Origin: Actinomycetota bacterium
GTDB lineage: Bacteria; Actinomycetota; UBA4738; JACQTL01
NCBI GenBank assembly: GCA_036394995.1
Contig: DASWED010000062.1
Location: forward strand, 21,149-85,148
DNA: 64,000 nt
Direction of reading: 5' to 3'
Position 1 is the stretch's first letter; each line of letters starts with the position of its first letter. Positions 9,758-19,518 of the stretch are shown piece by piece. Both the position numbers and the translations under genes were made by a program. Under the pieces are notes generated by a model that was not told the origin of the DNA, did no database searches, and saw nothing but the letters and a program-made list of their open reading frames with translations.

Positions 9758-10087
9758 TCAGGCCGCGAAGTGGGGTTCGATCTCGCGCAGGATGGCGTCC
9801 TTGCCTCGTGCGCCGACCACCCGGGCCTTCTCCTGTCCGTCCTTGAACACGATCAGCGTCGGGATCGAGAGGACCCCGTAGCGCCGAGGCGTGTCCGGAT
9901 TGTCGTCGATGTTCATCTTCCCCACCCGGAGCGCCCCCTTGTGTTCGCGAGCGATCTCCTCGACCACCGGCGACACCATGTGGCACGGCACGCACCAGTC
10001 CGCCCAGAAGTCGATCAGCACGGGTGTGTCCGACTGCAGGACCTTCTGTTCGAAGTCCCGGTCCGTGATCTCCCCGATGTTTCCCAT
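9758..10087 (-). CDS. trxA: Thioredoxin
   Basis: 'LIDFWADWCVPCHMVSPVV' active site (CxxC). ATG at 10087 is preceded by a GGAGGAGG Shine-Dalgarno. Confidence 0.9.
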   Translation of the reverse strand: MGNIGEITDRDFEQKVLQSDTPVLIDFWADWCVPCHMVSPVVEEIAREHKGALRVGKMNIDDNPDTPRRYGVLSIPTLIVFKDGQEKARVVGARGKDAILREIEPHFAA

Positions 10088-10143
10088 GTCGTCCTCCTCC
10101 AAGCCGGTACCGGGCCATGCCCGGCCCGCTTCCCCCATGCAAA

Positions 10144-10157
10144 CGCCCCCGGGGGCG
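10144..10157 (-). terminator. Palindrome CGCCCCCGGGGGCG followed by TTTGCA on minus strand; terminator-like element between trxB and trxA
   Basis: Perfect 14-bp GC palindrome with a short T tract 3' on the minus strand. Lies in the 182-nt trxB-trxA spacer. Confidence 0.35.
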
Positions 10158-10269
10158 CGCTTCTTCCCGCTTGCTTACCCGGGCCGGGACGCGCGTACCC
10201 GGGGTCGGGGGGGAAGTGCGCAAGATCGTACCGCCGCCGGGTGGGCCATGCGGGCGGTTTCCCTCGGGA

Positions 10270-11223
10270 TCAGTGCCCCAGGGCCTCGAGGGACCGTTCG
10301 GCGTCGATCGCCGCCTGGCACCCCATCCCCGCGGCCGTGATGGCCTGCCGGTACGTGAAGTCCACCACGTCGCCGGCGGCGAACACGCCCTCCACGCTCG
10401 TCCTGGTGGTGGGCTCCTGCACGGCGATGTAGCCGTGCTCCATCTCGAGCTGTCCCTCGAACAGCGACGTGTTCGGGGTGTGGCCGATGGCCACGAACAC
10501 GCCGCCCGCCGCGAGCTCGGAGCTCTCGTCGGACTCCACGTCCCGGAGGCGGACCCCCGACACCTGGCCGTCGCCGAGGACCTCCTCCACCACGCTGTTC
10601 CAGACGAAGTCGATCTTGGGATTGGCGAACGCCCGGTCCTGCATGATCTTCGAGGCCCGGAGCTCCTCGCGCCGGTGCACGACCGTCACCTTCGTGGCGA
10701 ACCGGGTGAGGAACGTGGCCTCCTCCACCGCCGAGTCGCCGCCGCCCACCACCACGAGCTCCTGGCCCCGGAAGAAGAACCCGTCGCACGTGGCGCACGA
10801 CGACACGCCGCGGCCCCGCAGCTTGTCCTCTCCGGGGACCCCCAGCCACCTCGCGCTGGCGCCGGTGGCGATGATCAGCGTCCGGGCCCGCCATTCCTGG
10901 TCGCCGGCCCACACCCCGAACGGCCGCTCCGACAGGTCCACGCGGGTGGCCGCCTGGTGCAGCAGCTCCGCCTCGAACCGCCCGGCCTGCTTCTCCATCC
11001 GCTCCATGAGCTCGGGACCGAGGATGGCGTCCGGGAACCCCGGGAAGTTCTCGACCTCCGTGGTGAGCATGAGCTGCCCGCCGGCGTCGATGCCCTTCAG
11101 CACGAGGGGCTTCAGGTTGGCGCGCGCGCTGTACAGGGCGGCGGTCAACCCCGCTGGCCCCGACCCCAGGATGATGACGTCTCGTTCGTCCGCCACGTCG
11201 TGCTCCATTCTCCCATACGCCAT
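10270..11223 (-). CDS. trxB: Thioredoxin-disulfide reductase
   Basis: FAD/NADPH motifs '[16 protein letters not shown]', '[15 protein letters not shown]', and redox CxxC 'SCATCDGF'. Confidence 0.9.
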   Translation of the reverse strand: MAYGRMEHDVADERDVIILGSGPAGLTAALYSARANLKPLVLKGIDAGGQLMLTTEVENFPGFPDAILGPELMERMEKQAGRFEAELLHQAATRVDLSERPFGVWAGDQEWRARTLIIATGASARWLGVPGEDKLRGRGVSSCATCDGFFFRGQELVVVGGGDSAVEEATFLTRFATKVTVVHRREELRASKIMQDRAFANPKIDFVWNSVVEEVLGDGQVSGVRLRDVESDESSELAAGGVFVAIGHTPNTSLFEGQLEMEHGYIAVQEPTTRTSVEGVFAAGDVVDFTYRQAITAAGMGCQAAIDAERSLEALGH

Positions 11224-11268
11224 AACCGGTCCCTATTCCGGAGATTGAACAGCGCAGAGGGCCGGCGA

Positions 11269-12102
11269 TCAGGTGATCCGCTGGGAGGCGTAGTGCAGCA
11301 ACGTGCAATCGGTCGCCGCCACCCAGACGGCGACGCGCCGGGTGGACTCGAGGTAGATCCCGATCAGGGCGGGCTGCCCCTCGAACCTGGCCTCGATGAC
11401 CTCGATCGGCGGCGGGCCGCCGGGGAGCTCCCGGGCCCGGTTCAGGCACGACACGGGGTCCCGTGCATAGGAGGCGCCGGCGATCGCCGGCCCCGACGCG
11501 CTCCCGACCGGCGACGGGAACGAGGGAGCAATGGTCGGAATGGGCGCGACGGAGGGCTGCGGGGGCGCCGTCACCGAGGAGACCGACGCGAACTGCTCGG
11601 CGAGGCGTGCGATGCCGGCCTTCGAGTAGTCGAGGTCGGGCCGCTGGACGATCGTTGGCTGGTTGTCCGCGGCCTCGTTCGGCGCATTGGGCGCCGCTGA
11701 CGACGCGGCGGCCCGGGGACTCGCCGCGGGGGCGGCCCCGCCCGCGGCCTTCCTCGACGAGCCGCCGTGCAGGACGGCCACGCCGACCCCCACCAGCAGC
11801 GCGACCGCCGCCGCGGCGGCGAGGCCGGCGGTGGCCCGGCGCCGCCACTCCGTCCGGCCGCCGCCGCCCCGAGCCTCCTCGATCGCGGCCCGGCCCAGGC
11901 CCCACGGCGGTTCGATCTCGCTCAGGCCGGACAGCGCGGCGTGCGCCGACCCGGCCAGCCGGAGCTCCTCCCGGCACCGCTCGCAGCCATCCAGGTGCGA
12001 ACGAACCTCGGCCTCCTCGGCCGGGGTCAGGGTGCCGTCCACCAGGCCGGCCAGGAGGCCGTCCGGGTGCTCGTCGGGTGGGGTGCGGTGGAGGTCGCTC
12101 AT
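11269..12102 (-). CDS. Zinc-finger (zf-HC2) anti-sigma factor, membrane-spanning, partner of the upstream ECF sigma
   Basis: ATG at 12102 overlaps the sigma stop (ATGA). 'HLDGCERCREEL' HxxxCxxC motif, then a TM segment 'LAAAAAVALLVGVGVAVL' and a Pro/Ala/Ser-rich ectodomain. Order matches the Mycobacterium sigM / anti-sigM / trxB2 / trxC cluster. Confidence 0.8.
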   Translation of the reverse strand: MSDLHRTPPDEHPDGLLAGLVDGTLTPAEEAEVRSHLDGCERCREELRLAGSAHAALSGLSEIEPPWGLGRAAIEEARGGGGRTEWRRRATAGLAAAAAVALLVGVGVAVLHGGSSRKAAGGAAPAASPRAAASSAAPNAPNEAADNQPTIVQRPDLDYSKAGIARLAEQFASVSSVTAPPQPSVAPIPTIAPSFPSPVGSASGPAIAGASYARDPVSCLNRARELPGGPPPIEVIEARFEGQPALIGIYLESTRRVAVWVAATDCTLLHYASQRIT

Positions 12103-12710
12103 TCCGGTAACCGGTCCTTGGACGGACGGGCGGCGGTCTGGTGTTCCTGGGCCGGCCCGCCGAACGTGCCACCCAGGGCGTGGGCCAGCGCCACCCGGCC
12201 CCGGTGCAGACGCGACTTCACCGTTCCCACGGGGATCCCCAGGACCTCGGCGATGTCCTCGTAGGCCATGTCCTGGACGTCGTGCAGCACGAGCACGGCC
12301 CGGAACTCCTGCGGCACCTCCACCAGCGCCCGTTGCACGTCCACGGCGGCCACCGCGCTGTCGGCGTGGTCCGGGGACGCCGGCCCCGGCGGCTCGGGCT
12401 CGTCCTCGTCGCGGGCCGGTTCGAGCATGGGTTCCCGGCGCTTGCGCCGGAGGACGTCGTAGCAGGCGTTCACGGTCACCCGGTGCATCCAGGTGGTGAA
12501 CCGGGCCTCGCCCCGGAACGAGGAGAGCTTGCGGAGGGCGGTGAGGAAGGCGTCCTGGGCGGCGTCGTGGGCGTCCTCCTCCCGGCCCAGCATCCGGTAG
12601 CACAGGTTGTACACGCGACGCTCGTGGCGCCGGACCAGGACCGAGAACGCGTTGGCGTCGCCGCGGAGGTACCGTTGGATGAGGTCCTCGTCGGAGCGGT
12701 CCTCAGCCAC
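12099..12710 (-). CDS. sigM: ECF RNA polymerase sigma factor (SigM-like)
   Basis: Sigma-70 region 2 'DLIQRYLRGDANAFSVLVRRHERRVYNLCYRML' and region 4 'AYEDIAEVLGIPVGTVKSRLHRGR'. Confidence 0.8.
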   Translation of the reverse strand: MAEDRSDEDLIQRYLRGDANAFSVLVRRHERRVYNLCYRMLGREEDAHDAAQDAFLTALRKLSSFRGEARFTTWMHRVTVNACYDVLRRKRREPMLEPARDEDEPEPPGPASPDHADSAVAAVDVQRALVEVPQEFRAVLVLHDVQDMAYEDIAEVLGIPVGTVKSRLHRGRVALAHALGGTFGGPAQEHQTAARPSKDRLPE

Positions 12711-12716
12711 GGGAGC

Positions 12717-14204
12717 TCACCCGCCGGGCCCGAGGACCGAGAACTCCGAGATCTCGGCGCGGTTCTGTCCGTCCGGCGCCGGGACCACGTGGGTGATCCA
12801 CACCAGGACGAACCGCCCGGTGGCGGGCTCGATGGCCGGGCTCATCGACCGGCCCGCGGTGAACCGCTCCCCGGTCTGGTCGGGCATGGCCTCGAGGTCG
12901 TCGCCGACACGGATCTCGAACTCCCAACCCGGCAGGGGGGACTCCAGCTCGAAGCCGTCGACCTCGCGCCGGGTGCCGAGGTCGAACGCGATCCCGACGC
13001 CCGGCTTGTCGAGATCCTCCGAGTTGTAGCCCTCGGTCTGCCAGAACGTGCCGGGATCGCCATCGGTGGCGAACCGGAGGTCCTCGTCGTGTTCCGAGTC
13101 GTCCCCGAACGGATCGACGGACTGGGGAACGCCGACGATGTCGAGCACCCGGTCGGACGGCGGCGCCGACGACCTCGGCTTCGAGCTCCCCTTCGGTTCG
13201 ATCCCGAACTTCCCGCCCAGCTGGAATGTCTGGGTCAGCAGTCCGATCACGATGACGACCGCGGCCACCAGGATCGCGAGGAGGGGGACCACCATCCAGG
13301 ACCGGAAGAACCCGCCTCCGGGATGCGCGGGTTCGGGCTCGGCCGCCACCCGCGGCAGGGACACGGTCGCCGCGGACCCGTGCAGCCGCGACAGGGCCCC
13401 GGCCATGTCGGACGCGCTGGCGAACCGGGCGTCGGGGTCCCGGGCCAGGGCCCGCAGGACGACGGCCTCGAGGGGACGGGGGATGCCCGCCCGGATGGCC
13501 CGGGGCGGGGTGGGCTCGTTCGTGAGGCGCATCATCGCGGTGGCGATCTCGGTCTCGGCGTGGAACGGCGTACGCCCGGTGAGGAGCTCGTAGAGCATGA
13601 TCCCGGCCCCGTACACGTCGGACCGGGCATCCACCGGCTCGCCCTCCACCTGCTCCGGTGAGAGGTAGGGGACGCTCCCCAGGACCTGTCCCGTGGTCGT
13701 GGGGTCGGCGCCCTCGTAGGCGGCCTTGGCGATCCCGAAGTCCGTGACCTTCACCCGCCCGTCCGGAGACACCAGCACGTTGGCCGGCTTGACGTCCCGG
13801 TGGACGAGCCCGTTGTCGTGCGCGAACTGCAGCGCCGACAGGACCTGCACCATGATGGCCGCGGCCTCGCCGGGCTCCATGGGCCCCTGGCGGGTCAGCC
13901 GTTCGCGGAGGGTTTCGCCGTCGAACATCTCCATGACGATGAACGCGACCAGCCCGTCGGCCCCCGTGTCGAACACGTTCACGATGTTGGGATGGGTCAG
14001 GCGGGCCGAGGCCGTGGCCTCCGCCCGGAAGCGATCCAGGAACGCGGGGTCCTCGGCCAGCCGGGCGTGGAGGATCTTCACCGCCACCGGGCGGTCGAGG
14101 ACACGATCGGTGGCGTGCCACACGGCCGCCATTCCACCCGAGCCCACGACGTCGTGCAGCACGTAGCGGTCCCCGAGCACGGTCCCGGACGCGAGGCGCT
14201 CCAC
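12717..14204 (-). CDS. Ser/Thr protein kinase with TM segment and C-terminal extracytoplasmic domain
   Basis: Catalytic motifs 'GSGGMAAVW', 'VAVKIL', 'HRDVKPANVLV', 'DFGIAKA', 'SPEQ'. TM 'VVPLLAILVAAVVIVIGLL'. Stops 6 nt before sigM. Confidence 0.85.
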   Translation of the reverse strand: MERLASGTVLGDRYVLHDVVGSGGMAAVWHATDRVLDRPVAVKILHARLAEDPAFLDRFRAEATASARLTHPNIVNVFDTGADGLVAFIVMEMFDGETLRERLTRQGPMEPGEAAAIMVQVLSALQFAHDNGLVHRDVKPANVLVSPDGRVKVTDFGIAKAAYEGADPTTTGQVLGSVPYLSPEQVEGEPVDARSDVYGAGIMLYELLTGRTPFHAETEIATAMMRLTNEPTPPRAIRAGIPRPLEAVVLRALARDPDARFASASDMAGALSRLHGSAATVSLPRVAAEPEPAHPGGGFFRSWMVVPLLAILVAAVVIVIGLLTQTFQLGGKFGIEPKGSSKPRSSAPPSDRVLDIVGVPQSVDPFGDDSEHDEDLRFATDGDPGTFWQTEGYNSEDLDKPGVGIAFDLGTRREVDGFELESPLPGWEFEIRVGDDLEAMPDQTGERFTAGRSMSPAIEPATGRFVLVWITHVVPAPDGQNRAEISEFSVLGPGG

Positions 14205-14252
14205 GGGCAGGAGTCTATCGGGGCGTCCCCGGCCGCCCGGAGGCGGGCGCGG

Positions 14253-14690
14253 CTACTCGCGCGGTGGCCCCGCGGTGGCCGTCGCCTTCACGACGCCGAG
14301 CTTCTTCAGGAAGTCCAGACGCTGCACGATGATCGTGGAGGCCTTCTTGCGGAGCCTGATGGAGACGATCCCGGTGGAGGGGTTCGCGTTGCACTGGACC
14401 AGCCTCGCGCCCTCGTCGTTCTCGTGAGCGGACCGCAGCGCGGCGTTGCAGGCGGTGGCCGGGGTTCCGTTCGAGGCCAGCTCCCGGGCGGCGTCGGCGG
14501 CAACCGCGGTGGCGGTGTTGTCGAGCGAGATCTTCGTGAAGACGATCGACCCCGTCTCGATCAGAGCCAGGCCCACCACCAGGATCGTGACGATCGTGAC
14601 GACGAGGAGCTTGCCGACCAGGCCCCGTTCGTCCGAGAGGCGGCGACGGATCGAATCGAATCCCCCGCTGCCATGCGCCCCCGCGCTCAC
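14253..14690 (-). CDS. Hypothetical bitopic membrane protein (145 aa; RRR-TM-extracytoplasmic Cys-containing domain)
   Basis: In-frame GTG at 14690 overlaps the murJ stop (GTGA). The frame has high GC3 and a TM helix 'LVGKLLVVTIVTILVVGLALIE'. Listed only as the tail of an artefactual 605-aa ORF. Confidence 0.45.
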   Translation of the reverse strand: MSAGAHGSGGFDSIRRRLSDERGLVGKLLVVTIVTILVVGLALIETGSIVFTKISLDNTATAVAADAARELASNGTPATACNAALRSAHENDEGARLVQCNANPSTGIVSIRLRKKASTIIVQRLDFLKKLGVVKATATAGPPRE

Positions 14691-16336
14691 CGGCGGAACC
14701 TCCCCGCAACCAATCCGATGACCTGCCGGAGGTCCTCCATCCGCAGCAGGAGCGCCATCGCGACGAACACTAACAGCCCGGCTCCCACCGATCCCAGCAC
14801 CTGGACCATCTGTTCCGGCACCGTGGCCGTGCCGAAGACCCGTGCCAGCAGGTGCGACGCGCCCCACGCGGCCGCCGCGGTGACCCCCGAGGCCACCACC
14901 ACCTTCCCCAGGCCCTCCAGGATGGTCCGGCCCTCCATCCCGCCCAGGCGCCGCCGGATCAGCACCACCAGCACGACGGCCCCGAACGTGTAGGCGGAGG
15001 CGAACCCCAGGGCGAGCCCCCGGACCCCGAGCAGGTGGAACAGCACGATGTTCGCCGCCGTGTTCACGGCCACAGCGGCGATGTTCACCAGCGCCGGCGT
15101 TCGCGTGTCCTGCATCGCGTAGTAGGCGCGGAGCAGCAGCTGGAAGGCGGAGAACGAGAACAGCCCGATCGCGAAGAACTGGAGGACCCGGGCCACCTCG
15201 GCGGCCCGGGACGCGTCGGTCACCCCGTGCTGGAGCAGCAGGCGGACGATGGGCCCGGCCAGCACCACGTAGCCGGCCGCCGCCGGCAGGACGACCAACG
15301 CGGTGTACCTGATCCCCCGGGCCAGCATCGAACGGAACTCGTCCACGTCGCGGTCGGCCCATCGGGAGGACAGCGCCGGGAGCAGCGCGGTCATGATCGA
15401 CACCGCGAAGATCGCGTGGGGCAGCTGGAACAGGATGAACGCGGACGTGTAGGTCGCGTAGTCGGTGGACCCCGTGGCCAGCACGATGACCACCACCAGC
15501 CCGATCTGGTTCACCAGCACGTACAGGAACACCCACAGCGCGAGCTGGCGGATCCGGCGGATGGCCTCGCTCCGCCACTGCCACCGCCAGCGGAACCGGA
15601 ACCCGATCCGCCGCAGCGCCGGCCACAGCGCCGCCGTCATCGCCACGACCCCCAGCGTGGTGCCGATGGCCAGCACGTACCGCTGCGCGGTGGTGATCCC
15701 CTCGGGGGTGGGGAACGGCGGGCCCGGGAGCACCACGAACGCCACCATCGTGGCGATCACGATGAGGTTGTTGAGGATCGGGGCGAACATCGGCGCGGCG
15801 AACCGCCGGTGCGCGTTCAGCAGCCCGGTGGCCACGGCCCCCACGCCGTAGAAGACGATCTGGGGCATGAACCACCGGAGGAAGAACGTGGCGGCGGCCC
15901 GTTCGGCGTCGGAATCCGGGCCGGCCGGCAGCCGGACCGTGTACAGGTGCACGATCCATGGCGCCAGCACGATCATCAGCGCCGCGATCGCCGTGAGCGA
16001 CACCACGGCGATCGTCATCACCCGGCGGGCCACCTCCCAGGCCTCCTCCGGGCCCCGGCGGTCCAGCCATTCCACGAACACCGGGACGAACACCGAGGTG
16101 AGGACCCCGCCCAGGATGAGCTCGTACACGATGTTCGGGGTGTTGTTCGCCACGTTGTACGCGTCGGCGATACGGGAGGAGGCCACGCCCAGGGCGTAGG
16201 CCATGGCGGACAGACGGAGGAACCCGGTGAGCCGGGACAGGCCGGTCCCCACGGACATGACCGCGGTGGAGCGGAGGAGCCCGGCGCCGGTGTCGTCGGC
16301 CTCCTCGGAGGGCGGCCGGAGGTCCACCCCGCTCAC
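14687..16336 (-). CDS. murJ: Lipid II flippase MurJ/MviN
   Basis: N-term 'LLRSTAVMSVGTGLSRLTGFLR' aligns with E. coli MurJ 'LLKSLAAVSSMTMFSRVLGFAR'. About 14 TM segments. A GTG at 16336 overlaps the stop of the upstream gene (GTGA); a longer ATG start at 16375 is possible. Confidence 0.85.
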   Translation of the reverse strand: MSGVDLRPPSEEADDTGAGLLRSTAVMSVGTGLSRLTGFLRLSAMAYALGVASSRIADAYNVANNTPNIVYELILGGVLTSVFVPVFVEWLDRRGPEEAWEVARRVMTIAVVSLTAIAALMIVLAPWIVHLYTVRLPAGPDSDAERAAATFFLRWFMPQIVFYGVGAVATGLLNAHRRFAAPMFAPILNNLIVIATMVAFVVLPGPPFPTPEGITTAQRYVLAIGTTLGVVAMTAALWPALRRIGFRFRWRWQWRSEAIRRIRQLALWVFLYVLVNQIGLVVVIVLATGSTDYATYTSAFILFQLPHAIFAVSIMTALLPALSSRWADRDVDEFRSMLARGIRYTALVVLPAAAGYVVLAGPIVRLLLQHGVTDASRAAEVARVLQFFAIGLFSFSAFQLLLRAYYAMQDTRTPALVNIAAVAVNTAANIVLFHLLGVRGLALGFASAYTFGAVVLVVLIRRRLGGMEGRTILEGLGKVVVASGVTAAAAWGASHLLARVFGTATVPEQMVQVLGSVGAGLLVFVAMALLLRMEDLRQVIGLVAGRFRR

Positions 16337-18408
16337 GCGGTCCGGGAGCGCGGCAGGAGGCGCCGGCCCCACCACAGCAACAGGAACAGCGCCGCCCCCA
16401 GCGTGATGATCAGCGCCACCAGGTTGTAGGCCGTGGACCGGATGACCAGCTCGTGCGGCGGCCCAAGGGGCTGGCCGTCGGGCGTCAGCACCCGGACCTG
16501 CACGGGGAACCGGCCGGTGGTCCTGGTCTTCAGCCGGAACAGCAGCTGGGTCGTGGCTCCCCCCCGGAGCTCCACGGTCTGGGTCTCGGCCGAGGGATCC
16601 AGCCGGACCGAGACCATGCGGATCTGGACCCGGACCCGGTCCGGCGTCTCGTTCAGCACGCTCAGCGGGACCACGCCCCGCCCCGAGGCCAGGGTCACCA
16701 CGGCCGAGGTGTCGGGCCGGATGCCGGTGAACAGGCCCCCCAGCCGGGTCCGGATGGAGTTCAGGAAGGCCTCCCCGTAGCCGGGATCGACGGCGAACGC
16801 ATCCCCCTCGGCCCGCAGGACGACGTCCTCCATGCGGTCCGGGAGGTCGCTGTCGTCAACCAGGATCGACCGGTACGTGGCGATCCCCGCGCGGGCGGCG
16901 GCGATGTCGTCCGCGTAGCCCGCCGGGAAGGAGGGGCCCGGATGGGGGACGAGCCTGGCGGCCTCCCGGGCCGGCGGGGGGAAGTTCTTCCTGATCGCGC
17001 TGAGCTTCTGCAGCTGGAGGAACGGCGCGGAGCTCACCATCCGGAGCAGTGGGTCGAACAGCCGCCCCGGCAGGTTCAGGGAGTCGGGGAACGACATGGC
17101 CGCGGCCCGGGGGATCCCGGGGCGCTCCAGCCAGATCTGGGCCAGCTCTCCGAGGACGGACTGCACCGTGAGCCGGACGTCGTGGTGGGCCACGGGCGAG
17201 GCCAGGATCGCGCTCACGCCCGGGTCGGACACGATCCCGGTGACCGTCGTGATGGGGCTGTTCACCAGCGCCGCGGTGGCCGGCTGGGCGAACTCTTTCG
17301 GCTGCGGGGGCCGCGACACAAGGCCGTCGTCGAGGATGAACGTGCTCACCCCGCGGGCGGCCAGCGTGGCCAGGGAGGCCTGGTCGATGGCGCCGTCCGG
17401 CGGGAAGAAGATGTCGGTGGCGAGGGTGGTTCCGGTGAATTCCTGCACCCGCTCCCGACCCAGGGAGAGCTGGACCGGGAGGTCCGACCCCAGGCCGGCC
17501 TGGATCAGGGAGGGGATGGTGGAGCCGGCGTACGGCAGCGCCGTGGACTCGACGAGCGGTGCCTGGGCCAGCCGGCGGAGGGCATCCAGCACGGCCCCGG
17601 CGTCCGCCGACCCGCCCTGGCCGGCGGGGACGTCCTGACGGGTCCCGCCATCCATGACGGAGTACCCCCCGCGCATCGTCCGGAGCTGGGACAGGAGCGT
17701 GGGCGACCACACGATGTCCACGGGCCGGGGCCGGACCGGATCGTTGGCCATGCCGTCCAGGGCCTGGACCTCCTGGGCCAGTCGGCCGGTGGGCGCCACC
17801 GCGTCCTGGAGCGCGGGGCGGCGGAACGTCCCGTCCGGGAGGTAGTCGATGGGACGGTGGAGCACGAACGACCACCCCACGCGGAGCCGGGTAGCGGCCA
17901 CCCGCTGGTGCTTGCCGAAGTCGAGCCACACGATGGGGGTGCGCAGGGCCGCCACCGTCTCGTCCCCCGAGCGGAGCTCGACCTTCATCGGATACACGGC
18001 CGTCTGGCCCCCCTCGGCCAGGGCCCGCCCCACGTCGTCGACGATGGTCCGCTCGAGCGTGAGCGACTGGGACTGGCCCGGCTCCAGCTCCCCGGGCACC
18101 AGCTCGAACCTGGCGAACAGCACCCCGGCGTCCGGGGGGTCGCCCCGGAGCGACTGCTCGTACTGCGTCCGGGTGTGGGCCCGGGTGAACACCGTGATCC
18201 CGAACGACAGGTCCGATACGGGGTCGGAGCCCGTGTTCACCGCGCGGACCCGCAGCCGGAGCAGGGGGTCCTGGGGCGTGACCCAGGGGGACTGGCCGGC
18301 GAGCGTCAGCCGGATCTCGGGCGAGGGGGCCGACCGGGCGGCGGGTACCGGAACCGCGAGCGAGACCAGGACACAGAGGACCGCGAGGATGCCGGGGAGC
18401 CGTCTCAT
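16333..18408 (-). CDS. Large secreted/anchored envelope protein, DUF6049/Rv3909-like (signal peptide + C-terminal TM)
   Basis: ATG at 18408 gives signal peptide 'MRRLPGILAVLCVLVSLAVPVPAARS'. C-terminal hydrophobic anchor 'LVALIITLGAALFLLLWW'. Position upstream of murJ is the same as the Mycobacterium Rv3909 homologue. Confidence 0.7.
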   Translation of the reverse strand: MRRLPGILAVLCVLVSLAVPVPAARSAPSPEIRLTLAGQSPWVTPQDPLLRLRVRAVNTGSDPVSDLSFGITVFTRAHTRTQYEQSLRGDPPDAGVLFARFELVPGELEPGQSQSLTLERTIVDDVGRALAEGGQTAVYPMKVELRSGDETVAALRTPIVWLDFGKHQRVAATRLRVGWSFVLHRPIDYLPDGTFRRPALQDAVAPTGRLAQEVQALDGMANDPVRPRPVDIVWSPTLLSQLRTMRGGYSVMDGGTRQDVPAGQGGSADAGAVLDALRRLAQAPLVESTALPYAGSTIPSLIQAGLGSDLPVQLSLGRERVQEFTGTTLATDIFFPPDGAIDQASLATLAARGVSTFILDDGLVSRPPQPKEFAQPATAALVNSPITTVTGIVSDPGVSAILASPVAHHDVRLTVQSVLGELAQIWLERPGIPRAAAMSFPDSLNLPGRLFDPLLRMVSSAPFLQLQKLSAIRKNFPPPAREAARLVPHPGPSFPAGYADDIAAARAGIATYRSILVDDSDLPDRMEDVVLRAEGDAFAVDPGYGEAFLNSIRTRLGGLFTGIRPDTSAVVTLASGRGVVPLSVLNETPDRVRVQIRMVSVRLDPSAETQTVELRGGATTQLLFRLKTRTTGRFPVQVRVLTPDGQPLGPPHELVIRSTAYNLVALIITLGAALFLLLWWGRRLLPRSRTA

Positions 18409-18440
18409 GGCGGCGGCGCCATTGTAGGGCCGCGACGGGC

Positions 18441-18887
18441 TCACCGGGAGGTCCGCAGGAGACCCGCGGCCTTGCGGAGGACGCCCGTCTCCGAAGGGTA
18501 GGTCGCCGTTCGGACCGCGTCGTCCAGGGGGAACCACCGGACCTCCTCCATCTCGTGGTCGTGGAGGGAGATGTCGCCCCCGGTCGCGCGCATCAGGAAG
18601 AACCGCACGGACTTGCGGACCCGCTCGCCCTCCCACACGTAGAAGTAGGAGATCCAGCCCAGGTCGTCCTCGATCTCGGCATCCAGCCCCGTCTCCTCGC
18701 GGACCTCGCGCAGGGCGGCGTCCTCCGGCTGCTCCGCCGGTTCGATGAGGCCCTTCGGCAGGCCCCAGGCCAGGTCTCCCTTCCGGGTCCGCCGCGAGGC
18801 CAGGGCGATCTCGACGTCACCGTTGCCGTCGTCGCCCGCCGGCCGGAACACCACCCCGCCGGCCGACCGTTCGGTCCTGGTCTTCAC
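18441..18887 (-). CDS. Nudix hydrolase (MutT family)
   Basis: Nudix box 'GLPKGLIEPAEQPEDAALREVREETGL'. Confidence 0.8.
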   Translation of the reverse strand: MKTRTERSAGGVVFRPAGDDGNGDVEIALASRRTRKGDLAWGLPKGLIEPAEQPEDAALREVREETGLDAEIEDDLGWISYFYVWEGERVRKSVRFFLMRATGGDISLHDHEMEEVRWFPLDDAVRTATYPSETGVLRKAAGLLRTSR

Positions 18888-19384
18888 GGGCCGCCGGAGG
18901 AGGGCTCGGCCCGCCGCTGAGCGGTGGCGATGCGGGCGAGCTTCGCGTCGGCCGCGCCGGCCAGATCCTCGGCCCGGACCTTCAGGATCGCCGTGGCCTC
19001 ACCCCCGGCGAAATACAGGACCTCCTGCGAGGCCAGCCGGCGATCCATCACCACCTTGAACGACGGTGGGAGGCCGACCGGGGGGATCGCCTCGAACAGG
19101 TACTCGGACAGCTGGGACGCCTTCGCCGGGGAGGCGGCGTGGATCTCGGAGGCCCGGATGGCCCGCCGGACGCGCACGGGGTCGGCGTCGCGGCTCGAGG
19201 GAACCAGGGCCGCCACCGGTCCCCCGTCGGTCTCGAACACGACCACCTTGCCAACCACCTCGGGGGGCAGGCCGAGGACGGCGGAGATCCGCTCGGCGGA
19301 GCGCAACCTGCCTCTCAGGGGGAGCAGCTCATGCTGGACGCCCCTGTCAACGAGGTGGTTGTGGACGTCGACGCTCGTCCGCAT
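18884..19384 (-). CDS. YbaK/ProX-type aminoacyl-tRNA deacylase domain protein
   Basis: ATG at 19384 (MRTSVDVHNHLVDRGVQHELL...). Conserved 'GGEATAILKV' region of the YbaK/ProX editing fold. The stop overlaps the nudix start (ATGA). Confidence 0.7.
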   Translation of the reverse strand: MRTSVDVHNHLVDRGVQHELLPLRGRLRSAERISAVLGLPPEVVGKVVVFETDGGPVAALVPSSRDADPVRVRRAIRASEIHAASPAKASQLSEYLFEAIPPVGLPPSFKVVMDRRLASQEVLYFAGGEATAILKVRAEDLAGAADAKLARIATAQRRAEPSSGGP

Positions 19385-19518
19385 GCGCGCAGTATGGCAG
19401 GGGGTCCGGGTGGGCCGTCCGGACGCCCCGACCCGGGGATTCCCACCCGATGTTGCGCGGCAACGCAACTGGGCAGGTGCTCACCCCGGCCGAGGCAGGG
19501 CCGGCCGGTGGGGCCCCG

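Noticed and set aside
10175-12172. 665-aa ORF (minus) and many other 400-900-aa ORFs (e.g. 8798..10432+, 26829..29510+, 51729..54146+, 54663..57437+, 56587..59208-, 33059..35260-)
   Set aside because: They are Arg/Gly/Pro-rich translations lacking any domain signature. They run antisense or out-of-frame through well-supported genes. These are typical open-frame artefacts of >70% GC DNA.
16375-16375. murJ ATG start at 16375 (562 aa) overlapping the DUF6049 gene by 43 nt
   Set aside because: An in-frame GTG at 16336 gives the 4-nt GTGA overlap pattern used throughout this locus. It also gives an N-terminus whose length matches E. coli MurJ. The ATG remains possible.
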